Source: Eledone cirrhosa (Eukaryota). Taken from it: a stretch of 64,000 nt of DNA. Shown piece after piece: positions 47,418-60,283 of this stretch; position 1 is the stretch's first letter; every line of letters begins with the position of its first letter. The stretch is taken from NCBI GenBank assembly GCA_964016885.1, contig OZ024763.1, forward strand, positions 4,092,001 through 4,156,000, in the 5' to 3' direction. The notes beneath the pieces were generated by a model, which was not told where the DNA came from, made no database searches, and was given only the letters and a program-made list of their open reading frames with translations. The position numbers were made by a program, and so were the translations under genes.

Positions 47418-47850
47418 TGATATTAAATAAATGGAAACTATATTTATAAAACCATATTTATTTCGTTATATATATTTCAGGGATATCATATTAACAATAT
47501 GTTATGCCATCTTCAGACAAAATACAATATAAACAGTCTTATAAATAAATAGATACGACATACCTTTCAATCACCTTGCATTTGATACGACATACCTTTC
47601 AATCAAATGCAAGGTGATTGAAAGGTATGTCGTATCTATTTATTTATAAGACTGTTTATATTGTATTTTGTCTGAAGATGGCATAACATATTGTTAATAT
47701 GATATCCCTGAAATATATATAACGAAATAAATATGGTTTTATAAATATAGTTTCCATTTATTTAATATCATAAATATACTCCAAATACTTGTTGAGTGCT
47801 TTTATATCAGTTATAAATATTTACTCGTTGTTAACCCAACAATTTAAATA
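47418..47850 (+). mobile_element. Palindromic Penelope-like pLTR module (arms 47418-47586 and 47602-47770, tail to about 47850)
   Basis: Perfect arms. Hammerhead ttttgt [ctgaaga]...[gaaa] tatata [ta] acgaaa at 47666-47727. The tail is the reverse complement of 28005-28045. Confidence 0.82.
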
Positions 47851-47881
47851 TAACTTTCCATATATATATATATATATATAT

Positions 47882-48017
47882 ATAGGAACGAGTAAGACCC
47901 CGACGGCTTGAGCTCAGCCGTCGGGGTCTTACTCGTTCCTATTACCCACTCTACTACCCTAAGTATTGAGTACTTTGGTGCGTTATGGTCCATCTGGTTC
48001 CTTACCACATTTCCTTC

Positions 48018-48064
<47 letters not shown>

Positions 48065-48240
48065 ACTAGAAATTGATATATATATATATATATATATATA
48101 GGAACGAGTAAGACCCCGACGGCTTGAGCTCAGCCGTCGGGGTCTTACTCGTTCCTATTACCCACTCTACTACCCTAAGTATTGAGTACTTTGGTGCGTT
48201 ATGGTCCATCTGGTTCCTTACCACATTTCCTTCATTATAT
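47882..48240 (+). mobile_element. Two identical tandem Penelope-like tail modules, each folded back at hammerhead stem III
   Basis: taggaacgagtaagaccccgacggc-ttgagctca-gccgtcggggtcttactcgttccta plus a shared tail, at about 47883 and 48099, separated by (AT)n. Confidence 0.75.
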
Positions 48241-48610
48241 ATATATATATATATATATATATCAACTAGAAATTGATATATATATATATATATATATATC
48301 AACTAGAAATTAATTGACATATATATACATATATATATATAATGGCCTGACCCCATGCAACAGGCAGGAAGCGATATTTTCTCTAACCATGAGACTTTAT
48401 ACTCTTATGGTACAGAAATAGTTGTCTGAAGATCTAATTCTTTCCATTGGAAATTCTCTGAATTTCCAATCTTTTGATTAGTGAAACCGTTGGTAACGGC
48501 AATAGAACAGCTGAATATTTTAATCGTTTTTTAATTTATTTAAAAGATTGTTTGATGATCACTTATTCCGCTCATTTTTATATATATATATATATATATA
48601 TAAAATAAAC

Positions 48611-48656
<46 letters not shown>

Positions 48657-48689
48657 CAATCAATTTCTAGTTGATATAAATGCTCGGAT

Positions 48690-49556
48690 CTATTCATTGG
48701 AATCTTTGAGCATATTCTACAGTGGATATGGCGCATGTCTCTCAGACATGACACCCTTATATTTTAATGAAAGGTCTTTTAGCTTCCAGACCTTTCTTTT
48801 ACACACCTTCCTGTATGTCTCATTCCATCTCTTGCTTACTGAGGTATCACTAACGACTAACCTATGCTGTGGGGTACATTCTTCCTCAGGGTATGCCTTG
48901 GTATTTGACACCTTCTGTCTAACTAGTAAGAAGTCAATCTAGCTTATGTGCTCGCTTGATTTGTAGGTTTTTAGGTGGTTGGCAGGTGTCTGGAAGTTAG
49001 TGTTGCAAATAGTCAGTGTACTTGCATCACAAAATTCAAGATCCCTCACTCCTTTTTCATTTCATGAGCTGTAACCGTGCCCAACATGTACCCCAGTGTA
49101 ACCATCCTGGAGCTGTCCAACATGACCATTGAAGTCTCCTGCTAGCATAACGATGTCTCTGTCTTCTGTCATTGAGGCTGTTTGTAAAAGTTGCTCGTAA
49201 GAACAGTCTTTCTCTTCTTTACCTAGGCCTGCCTGGAGAGCATAGGCAGAGATGATTGTCAGTAGTCTCTTGCCTACAACTAATCTAAGCTTAATTATTC
49301 TATTACAAACTCTAACTACCTCTATTGTCTTATTGATCCACCTCTCAGCCAGTAATATGCCTACCCCACCTAACCCATCATCATTACCCACCCAGAAAAG
49401 CTTATAACTATGATGTTTGCCTGCGATTAGTCTTGCAGAGGCACCTCTCTATCTCACCTCTTGCACACAGCACACATCCACATGCCTTCTCTCCAGCATC
49501 TCCGCTATCTCACCAGATCTACCTGTTAGAGTGTCAACATTAAATGTGTCAACTCT
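48690..49556 (-). mobile_element. RTE LINE 5' fragment (APE endonuclease)
   Basis: GVGILLAERW, IISAYA, LAGDFNGHVG and QHRLVV, with a TFNVDTLTGRSGEIAEML start. Contains stops and frameshifts. Confidence 0.88.
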
Positions 49557-49861
49557 GCGATGCAACGTCTTATTCTTTTTCCTGTTGTTAGAAATGCTAA
49601 GTCAGGTGACCATGTTTTGCTCATACAGAACTATTTGAAAAAGGAGTAAGGTTCTATACAAAACAGAGATTATAGAAAAAAAAGTGGAATTGGAAATAGC
49701 ACAAAAAGTATATTTAAAGGATCCATTTTTCTTTTTTCTTCTTTGATTCGTCAAAGTAACATTATTGAAAAAATGAGAGGAACAATTTTTTGTTTTGAAA
49801 CTAACAAACAAACAAACTAAAACACACACACACACTCACATATATATATATATACATATAT

Positions 49862-50223
49862 ATATTTTGAGTTTATGTTGGTTGTATACCAACACCTCAG
49901 TATGCAGGCTGGAGCACTCGACGAAGTGCGCAGGTTGGTTTGGTTACTCCGGAGTTGTGTAAAATAAAGTTAAATAAAAGTCAAATGATTAAAATTTAGC
50001 TTCGTTTATTACTGCTATATATATTTCAGTGACAGCCATCTTTGGCTGTAACCTCTTCAGGCAGTTTGAATTAGTATGGTATAGACAAGTACATATGTCT
50101 ATACCATACTAATTCAAACTGCCTGAAGAGGTCACAGCCAAAGATGGCTGTCACTGAAATATATATAGCAGTAATAAACGAAGCTAAATTTTAATCATTT
50201 GACTTTTATTTAACTTTATTTTA
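49862..50223 (-). mobile_element. Palindromic Penelope-like pLTR module (arms 49960-50087 and 50096-50223, tail on the left)
   Basis: 128-bp arms with an 8-nt loop, flanked by (AT)n. Confidence 0.82.
50118..50172 (+). ncRNA. Minimal type I hammerhead ribozyme motif
   Basis: actgc [ctgaaga] g gtcacagcca-aaga-tggctgtcac t [gaaa] tatata [ta] gcagt. Mirror copy at 50011-50065 (-). Confidence 0.8.
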
Positions 50224-50293
50224 TATATATATATATATACGCCGATGAATTTGTTTTGCAAGGTTTTTGATATGAAATCGTGTGTTGAAACAA

Positions 50294-50430
50294 ATATTGT
50301 TATATTTAGGGAGGGTTATATTGTTATAATATTGCCAGAAATATATAGTAAAGCAAACTCACTGTGTATGTTTTACTATATATTTCTGGCAATATTATAA
50401 CAAGATGACCCTCCCCAAATATAACAATAT
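50294..50430. repeat. Inverted repeat with arms of about 60 bp
   Basis: atattgttatattt...gccagaaatatatagtaaa / tttactatatatttctggc...aaatataacaatat. Confidence 0.8.
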
Positions 50431-50451
50431 ATATATATATATATATATATA

Positions 50452-50620
50452 TCATTCCACTGCAAAGTGGTCATGTAGGTGCCTCGGCAAAAAAAGCACC
50501 CAGCACTCACTGTAAATGAGGTTGGTGTTAGGAAGGGTATCCAGCTGTAGAAATCAAGCCAAAATCAGTTACCGTCCCACCCTTGCAAGCAGGGAAAAGC
50601 GGACGTAAAAATGAAATGAA
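50452..50620 (+). mobile_element. 3' half of a family C SINE
   Basis: Matches 57880-58050. Confidence 0.85.
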
Positions 50621-50893
50621 TATCAAAAGTATATATAGGATAAGAAGGCATTTCAGCTATATTAAGGACGGGATATCTTCCCTAGTATCAATGCCATAAT
50701 GCAATGGACAGATATAGATATGTAGTCGTGACAACATGACCAACACTGGTCAGCTGGAAAAACCCACTTTAAATGATAATGCTGATGATGATGATGATAT
50801 GTATATATTTATATATATATATAGCAAACTTATACTAGTGAGTCTGTGTTAAGGTATGTCAATATCTTAACATCAAATATTATATTTTATTTT

Positions 50894-51087
50894 AGGGCGG
50901 TGGATTGGCCAGTATCAGTAGAGAGGGTCGGACGTCATGCTTTGACGCATAGAGTTACGGCCCTTTCCATTCTGGGTTCAAATCCCGCCGAGGTCAACTT
51001 TGCCTTTCATCCTTACGGGGTCGATAAAATAAAGTACCAGTAATGTACTGGGGTAATTGCTGGCCTTGTGCCAAAAGTAGAAACAAT
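50894..51087 (+). mobile_element. Family A SINE with a TSD of about 10 bp, inserted into a hammerhead-bearing pLTR module (50850-51190)
   Basis: tatattttat at 50881 and 51088, immediately followed by ctgatga aag...ctt aaaa (GAAA mutated). Confidence 0.85.
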
Positions 51088-51209
51088 TATATTTTATCTG
51101 ATGAAAGCACACTAAAATTTTGTGTCCTTAAAATATGTCTAATAAAATAAATATGATATTATAAAGATATTTTCCATTTATTAATATTGTTAATATTATA
51201 TATATATAT

Positions 51210-51388
51210 AACGAAGGAAATGTGGTAAGGAACCAGGTGGACCATAACGCACCAAAGTACTCAATACTTAGGGTAGTAGAGTGGGTAATAGGACCCCGAC
51301 GGCTGAGCTCAAGCCGTTTCGACGGCTAATTCTGGACTGAATTAGCCGTCGATACGGCTTGAGCTCAGCCGTCGGGGTCCTACTCGTT

Positions 51389-51392
<4 letters not shown>
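51210..51392 (-). mobile_element. Penelope-like tail module folded back at hammerhead stem II
   Basis: Hairpin 51289-51382 with loop tggact. The minus strand has gaaa cggc..gccg tc ggggtc (GUC site). Confidence 0.7.
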
Positions 51393-51427
<35 letters not shown>

Positions 51428-51575
51428 TATGATCTCAGCATGACCTGACTTTTACAATACACCCCCCTTCCCTTATATTTTTGTTCATTTCCTTATTTTA
51501 TTGTTTTTGTTGTTGTTTTCTTATGTATTTATTCAGCTGACTCACCTTGGTTTGTCAGAGATTTTATGGTAAATA

Positions 51576-52665
51576 TATAGATCAACACCCCTCTCGATTT
51601 CTGATGGAAATATTTCTTTTTCCTCATGCTTTTTCATGTGTTATCAACTAATCTGACCTCATGATTCTGGCAATCAACCCCTCCACCCCGGAAAATGGAA
51701 GGGGTGGAGTGGGACCCCTCTCCTCAGAGTTTTCTCAACAATTTTCTTTTTCAAGTGTTATCAACAAATATGACGTCCAAACCAGTTGGAAACGCCTAGA
51801 TTTGTAGAAAACGTAGGATAAAAGAGGGTGAAAAGACCATCAGACTTTCGTACATCTACACATCTTTCACATTTGGTGGGAAATAATAATCTTTCCTTGT
51901 TCTATTTTTCTGGACCACTTAGATCAGTGATTCCTAACATGGGCACCCTCACAAGGGGGCAATTTAAATATTTAAGGGGGCCATTTGAAAATGATGTTAA
52001 TGAAAACAAACCTCAGGTTTTACTTTATTACACAATTACTTTCAGAAACTCTTGTCTCACCTTCTCCACCACATGTTATTGTGCATATGGCACCACTTTG
52101 TTTATATTTTGCAGTTGATCATCGCTGTTTTCATATTAAGGGAGGAGGGCATAAATATTTTTAGATGTTGAGGTGGGGCATGGTACACAAAAGATTGGGA
52201 ACCACTGACTTAGATGCTTGCAATTGACTTTTTTTCCTTACCCTAAAGTACACCTTACAACAAATTCTAAACCTAAAACTGACCCTAATCCTAACTCTAA
52301 ACCTAACCCTAATCCCAACTCTAAACCTAAAACTAAACCTAATCCTATCCTTAACCCTAAAACTAACCCTAACCCAAACCCTAAAACTAACCCTAATCCT
52401 AACCCAACGCTAATGTGGGGAAAAAGTTGATTGCAAGCATCAAAGAGGTCCAGAAAAACACAAGGAAAGACAATTATTTCCCACCAAACGTGAGAGGTGA
52501 GTAGATCTGTGAAACGTCGATGGTCTTTTCACCCCTTTTCCTATAAAGCTAGTCATTTCCAGCTGGTTTGTAGGTCATGTTTCCTGATAACACAAAAAAA
52601 AAAACCTAGAGAAAACTCCAAGGAAAAAAAATCTTTCCCACTGAAATCAAGTGGGGTGATCTATA
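51576..52665. mobile_element. Foldback/MITE-like element with long imperfect TIRs and a telomere-like (CCTAAC-type) centre
   Basis: tatagatc...gatctata ends. The arms match in blocks (gggtgaaaagaccatc, tttggtgggaaataat, gatgcttgcaat). The centre 52268-52408 is degenerate (AACCCT)n. Confidence 0.72.
51925..52207. mobile_element. hAT MITE with 8-bp TSD ACTTAGAT nested in the foldback element
   Basis: TIRs cagtgattcctaa / ttgggaaccactg. TSD at 51917-51924 and 52208-52215. Confidence 0.88.
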
Positions 52666-52738
52666 ATAATATCAATTTTATACAAGGTACATGTGTGTGT
52701 GTGCGCACGTGTGTGTGTGTGTGTGTATGTGTGTGTGT

Positions 52739-52806
<68 letters not shown>

Positions 52807-53019
52807 TTATATATTTGGCGATATACAGTATGTTTATTTATAAACATACTGTATATTACCAGATATAGAAATTCATGCATTTCATATACAAAGCTATGTT
52901 AGGGTTATTTCCTTATTTCAACTTCTGGCCGAGCCAGTCGATACTCTATATGCAAATGTGCCTGATCAGCCCATATACATAGGTTTCTAAACTATGTGTT
53001 TTAGCTTTCAGTAACTTCC

Positions 53020-53330
53020 AGCAGTAAATGGTGACTTTCCCCACAGTCACGTGCTGGGCTGTCCTGACATGTGTGGATCTGATTAAGGGACACCCATTGA
53101 TTTCTGGGAAGGTCAAAGCCAGCTTGTTTAGATGTGGGGGTCCTTGGTGAGGTCCAGGTCAGCAAATTCGGACTCATTCTATGATCTTCGCCACTCTTCC
53201 TTCAGATCAAAGTTATTGTCCTGAAGGGTTTTTATTGATTCACAGAATGGTTTGCATGATTTCAAGTACATGCTGGGAAGGTCGAGCTTGAACTTGGTAA
53301 GAAGTGCTGGGTGAATGTAGCCTGTGTAGT
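53020..53330 (-). pseudogene. Decayed C-terminal fragment of another non-LTR retrotransposon ORF
   Basis: Minus strand PTSKQAGFDLPRNQWVSLNQIHTCQ resembles the GFDLPRxxWxxLNRxRTG motif. Confidence 0.55.
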
Positions 53331-53856
53331 AGAAAATACAATCTTAGTAATTTTTTTAATTAGGTTTATCAGCTTGTTAAGATAGAAGTATTTATTAGAG
53401 AGAATGGCAGATATAGATGAGAGAAGCACATATTGTAGGGTGAACCTAGGGGGTTAAATACACAGCTTCTGGTCCCACCCCTTCCGTATCAGTGTGAGTG
53501 AGATGGTATATAATCAATTGTGGTGGCAGGGAGGCATTTAACTGCTACATTAGACAGGTCAAGTGATTATTTAGAGGCCATAAATCTTTCTCAAAGAATA
53601 ATAGTTAATCTTTGATTTATCCCTATATATAGAGGTCAATGGTTATCTATTGAGGGTGACCAACGTGAAAGTTGATAAGAGATACATATATTGTTCCATT
53701 TATTCATTGAAACATAGCAGACAGACCCTATATAAAAATGATTTAAGCGGGTCAATTAGTGTTTTATGATATTTGCACAATTAGTAGACATTGGTAGACA
53801 TTTCCACCACTGCAGCTGAAACTCCACTTGAGTCAACTTTGTATTTCATTATTCCA

Positions 53857-54424
53857 GCGGATTGGCAGTATTAGTAGAGGGTCGGACGCCATGCTTTCCA
53901 GCATAGTTACGTCCCTTTATGATCTGAGTTCAAATCCCGCCGAGGTTGACTTTGCCTTTCATCCTTACGGGGGTCGATAAAATAAAGTACCAGTAATGCA
54001 CTGGGTAATTTGCTGGCCTTGTGCCTAAAGTAGAAACAATTATTCCAAAGATGAAATTGGAGGGACCAGTGAGGTCGATAGAATAAAGTACCAGTCAAGT
54101 ACTGGGGGTTGATTTAATCATCATTCCCCTCCAATAATATTGCTAGCCTTGTGTCCAAATTAGAAATCACCATCATCATCCTCATGAATTTACGATAATA
54201 CAGCTTAATGAACTTCTTTCATTTAACACATTCTTCACATTTCATTTGTTGAAACATGTGTAAGGCAAATAAAAATGTTTTAAATTCCTCCATAATTCCT
54301 GTATGTATTATTTATTATCCCGCCGAGGTTAACGTTGCCTTTCATCCTTACGGGGTCGATAAAATAAAGTACCAGTAATGCACTGGGATAATTGCTGGCC
54401 TTGTGCCTAAAGTAGAAACAATTA
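53857..54424 (+). mobile_element. Cluster of family A SINEs (full copy 53857-54042, partial copies at 54070-54170 and 54318-54424)
   Basis: Consensus matches to 23978. Confidence 0.85.
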
Positions 54425-54452
54425 TTTATTTATATATACACACACACACACA

Positions 54453-54500
<48 letters not shown>

Positions 54501-54559
54501 TAGCTCTGTACTATACAAAGAGCACTTCTTTCCTGTACCTTTTCTATGGAAATACTTAA

Positions 54560-57012
<2,453 letters not shown>

Positions 57013-57016
57013 GTAT

Positions 57017-57294
57017 GTTAAAACAATGAAATAAAAAATCAAGTCATTAGAAATATACTTCACTGCGTTACGATCGTTTCTAGGTGATGATAATACATCG
57101 TAAATTATTATTGCTTTTGACAACAGCTGGTGATATGCATGTAAGTAAATATTCTCCTTATTTGAAATTTTGTAACTAACCTTACATAGATCGATAACGA
57201 GGTAGAGTTATGATGTATTATCATCACCTAGAAACGATCGTAACGCAGTGAAGTAATTTCTAATGACTTGATTTTTTATTTCATTGTTTTAACA
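57017..57294. repeat. Inverted repeat (arms of about 85 bp, spacer of about 105 bp) carrying the 3' half of a hammerhead-like motif
   Basis: The arms contain ccta gaaa cgatcg ta acgca, but no CUGANGA core is present. Confidence 0.7.
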
Positions 57295-57507
57295 CATATA
57301 TCATGACTCTGTTTTCCTTTTAATGTTTTATTGTTTTCCGAGATTTATCTTAACCTACAACATTTTCAACATATGGATTACATTGAGTTCTTCTTGTGGG
57401 GTCATGTAGAATAGACCTCACAACTTACCGTGGATATCTATGTGTATATATATATATATATAGTGACGAAACATAAGTCAATTGCATGAACTCATAATCC
57501 TTTATTT

Positions 57508-57563
57508 ACTGCTATATTTATTTCGATGATAGCCATTGAATGGCTATGACCTCATCAGGCAGT
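57508..57563 (-). ncRNA. Minimal type I hammerhead ribozyme motif with canonical core
   Basis: actgc [ctgatga] g gtcatagcca-ttcaa-tggctatcat c [gaaa] taaata [ta] gcagt. Same family as 50118, with covarying stem II. Confidence 0.78.
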
Positions 57564-57632
57564 TAGTCAGTTCTTAGATATGCCAGCTCTGTGTTTATGG
57601 TGTTGATGGTATCAGAGCCTTGGGACATATAT

Positions 57633-58050
57633 ATCATCATCATCATCATTTTACGTCCGCTTTTCCCTGCTTGCAAGGATGGGACAAGAACTGGTTCTGG
57701 CTTGATTTCTACAGCTGGATGCCCTTCCTAACACCAACCTCATTTACAGTGAGTGCTGGGTGCTTTTTGGCCATGGCACCTCCACGACCACTTTGCAGTG
57801 GAATGATAGGGACCCCAGTCCCTATCATCTCATTTCTACAGCTGAGTAAACTGGAGCAATGTGAAATAAAGTGGGGTCCATATCATTCCACTGCAAATTG
57901 GCCGTGGAGGTGCCACGGCAAAAAAGCACCCAGCACTCACTGTAAATGAGGTTGGTGTTAGGAAGGGCATCCAGCTGTAGAAATCAAGCCAGAATCAGTT
58001 CCCGTCTCACCCTTGCAAGCAGGGAAAAGTGGACGTAAAATGAAATGATG
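57633..58050. mobile_element. Inverted pair of family C SINE 3' halves
   Basis: About 57645-57817 is the reverse complement of about 57872-58042, with a spacer of about 55 bp. Confidence 0.85.
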
Positions 58051-58311
58051 AAATATATATAAATATATATATATATATTACATATTATAATTCTTATAAT
58101 ATAAAATATAAATACTACTACTGCTACTGCTACTGTAGTAGGCCATGTTGTGTAAATTCTAATTTAAATTCCAAGCACATAGTTGTCATATTTAAGGTCA
58201 CACCCAGAAAGAGAATGAAACAATGAACAAAGGAGGGGGTGGAAGTGAGGAGCTAAGGCTGGTTATATGTGTGGGTGGGGAAGGGGTGAGGTGATAGAGA
58301 AACTATTGTAA

Positions 58312-58833
58312 ACCACCACAACCAACACCATCATCATTATCCTCATCACTACAACCACCACCACCACTACCACCACACACCCATCTCTACAACCAACACC
58401 ACTGCCACCATCACTACAACCAACACTACCACCAACACCACCACCACCACCACCTCAACCACCACCACTACAACCAACACCACTACTAACACCACCAACA
58501 CCACTACTACCACCACCACCATCACTACAACCAACACCACTACTATTACCAACACCACTACAACCAACACCACCACCACCACTACAACCAACAACACTAC
58601 TACCACCATCACTACAATTACCACCACCACCACCTCAACCACCACCACTACTAACACCACCAACACCACTACTACCACCACCACCATCACTACAACCACC
58701 ACCACCACCATTACTACCACCACCACTACAACCAACACCACCACCACCACTACAACCAACACCACTACTACCACCACTACCACCACCACCATCACCACTA
58801 CTACCACCACCACCACTACCACCAACACCCTCA
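58312..58833. repeat. Degenerate (ACC/ACT)n microsatellite
   Basis: Seen directly. Confidence 0.93.
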
Positions 58834-59114
58834 CCTCAGCAGTCTGTTAGTGTCACTTTAGCTAAACAATAAAAACACAACTGATGTTATTTATTTTGAG
58901 AACAGTACCTTAACATCAGTATGAGCAGTCAGTTATGGCCAGTTTCAACAGAAAGAGGTGAAAGAATTCTGGCTAGATACGGCCAGTTTAAATGCTAAAG
59001 GGTTAAATTCTTGATTATTTTTCCTAGAAATATGATCCTGAAAAGGTTAAAGATATTCTGTTGATACGTCTTAAAGCAAGTGTTGTTGTTTAAGTCATTT
59101 GTATTAATTACAAA

Positions 59115-59440
59115 TCATCATCATCATCATTTTACGTACGCTTTTCCCTGCCTGCAAGGGTTGGACGGGTCCTATTCAGCACAGCACCTCTCCACTTGTC
59201 ACGGTCCTTCGTCATCTTCTTGGTGAGTTTCAGCGATCTGAGGTCTGCTCTCACCACCTCTGCCCATGTTTTTCTTGGTCTTCCTCTTCTGCGTCTTCCT
59301 TCTACTGGCATTTCTTGGCACTTCTTTACCCAGTGGTCATCCTCCATGCGCATCACATGTCCATACCATCTCAGCCTTCTCTCCTGCACACCACAATTTA
59401 TCCCTCTTATATCCAGTTTCATTCTCAACTCATCTACGAG
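59115..59440 (-). mobile_element. RTE LINE 3' fragment
   Basis: VQERRLRWYGHVMRM...RGRPRKTWAEVV...DRDKWR with a (TGA)n tail. Confidence 0.9.
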
Positions 59441-59529
59441 TTTAATTCAATAGCAAAGTTGGCATAGTTTAACCACTCTTCTCCTCCTGTACGATATCAT
59501 CTGATATTTCCAGTGTCGTTTATATTACA

Positions 59530-60270
59530 TAAAATGGTTTCTAATTCAAGCAAAAAGCCAGCAATGTGACACAAAGATGGCAAAGTCAATTAAATCGCTC
59601 TCAGTGTGTTACGGGTACTTTATTTTATTGACTGTGGTAGGGGGAAATACAGAGTTGACCTTGGTGGGATTCTGAATTCACGATGGAAAGGGCCGTAACT
59701 ATACACTGCAAAGCATGTTGTCCAATTCTCTCCCAACACTGCCATTCCACTGGCCAGGACTTCTATACACACACAGCTTATAGAAAATAGCACTACTAGA
59801 CACTGCATACATATTACAAAGAGTACTCTCAATACAGTAGAAATAACAACACCAAAAACAAAACTGCACATGCTCAAGGCACACTGTGCTATGCTCAGTA
59901 ATGCAGTGATGATATGCAATAAAAATAAAACTGATAATAATAATAATTGTTTCTACTTTTTGGCACAAGGCCAGCAATTACCCAGTGTATTACTGGTACT
60001 TTATTTTACCGACCCTGTAAGGATGAAAGGCAAAGCTAACCTCGGCGGGATTTGAACCCAAAACGTAAAGGGTCATAACTCTATGTTGCAAAGCATGGCA
60101 TCTGATGCTCCACCGATACTGCTGATCCAGTGCTCTTGATACTGATAGTGATTTCTAATTTAGGGACAAGGCCAGCAATACTGAGGGAGGGGAGATTACA
60201 CAAACCACTAATACATGACTGGTACATTGTTTAATCACCCCCAGCCCTGGAAGAATGGAAGGCAATTGTA
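59530..60270 (-). mobile_element. Family A SINE copies and fragments
   Basis: Reverse consensus at about 59530-59745, 59940-60128 and 60150-60265. Confidence 0.75.
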
Positions 60271-60283
60271 ACATTTTCACTCC

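Noticed and set aside
52268-52408. True telomere or chromosome fusion site
   Set aside because: Short, degenerate, in a single orientation and enclosed in TIRs.
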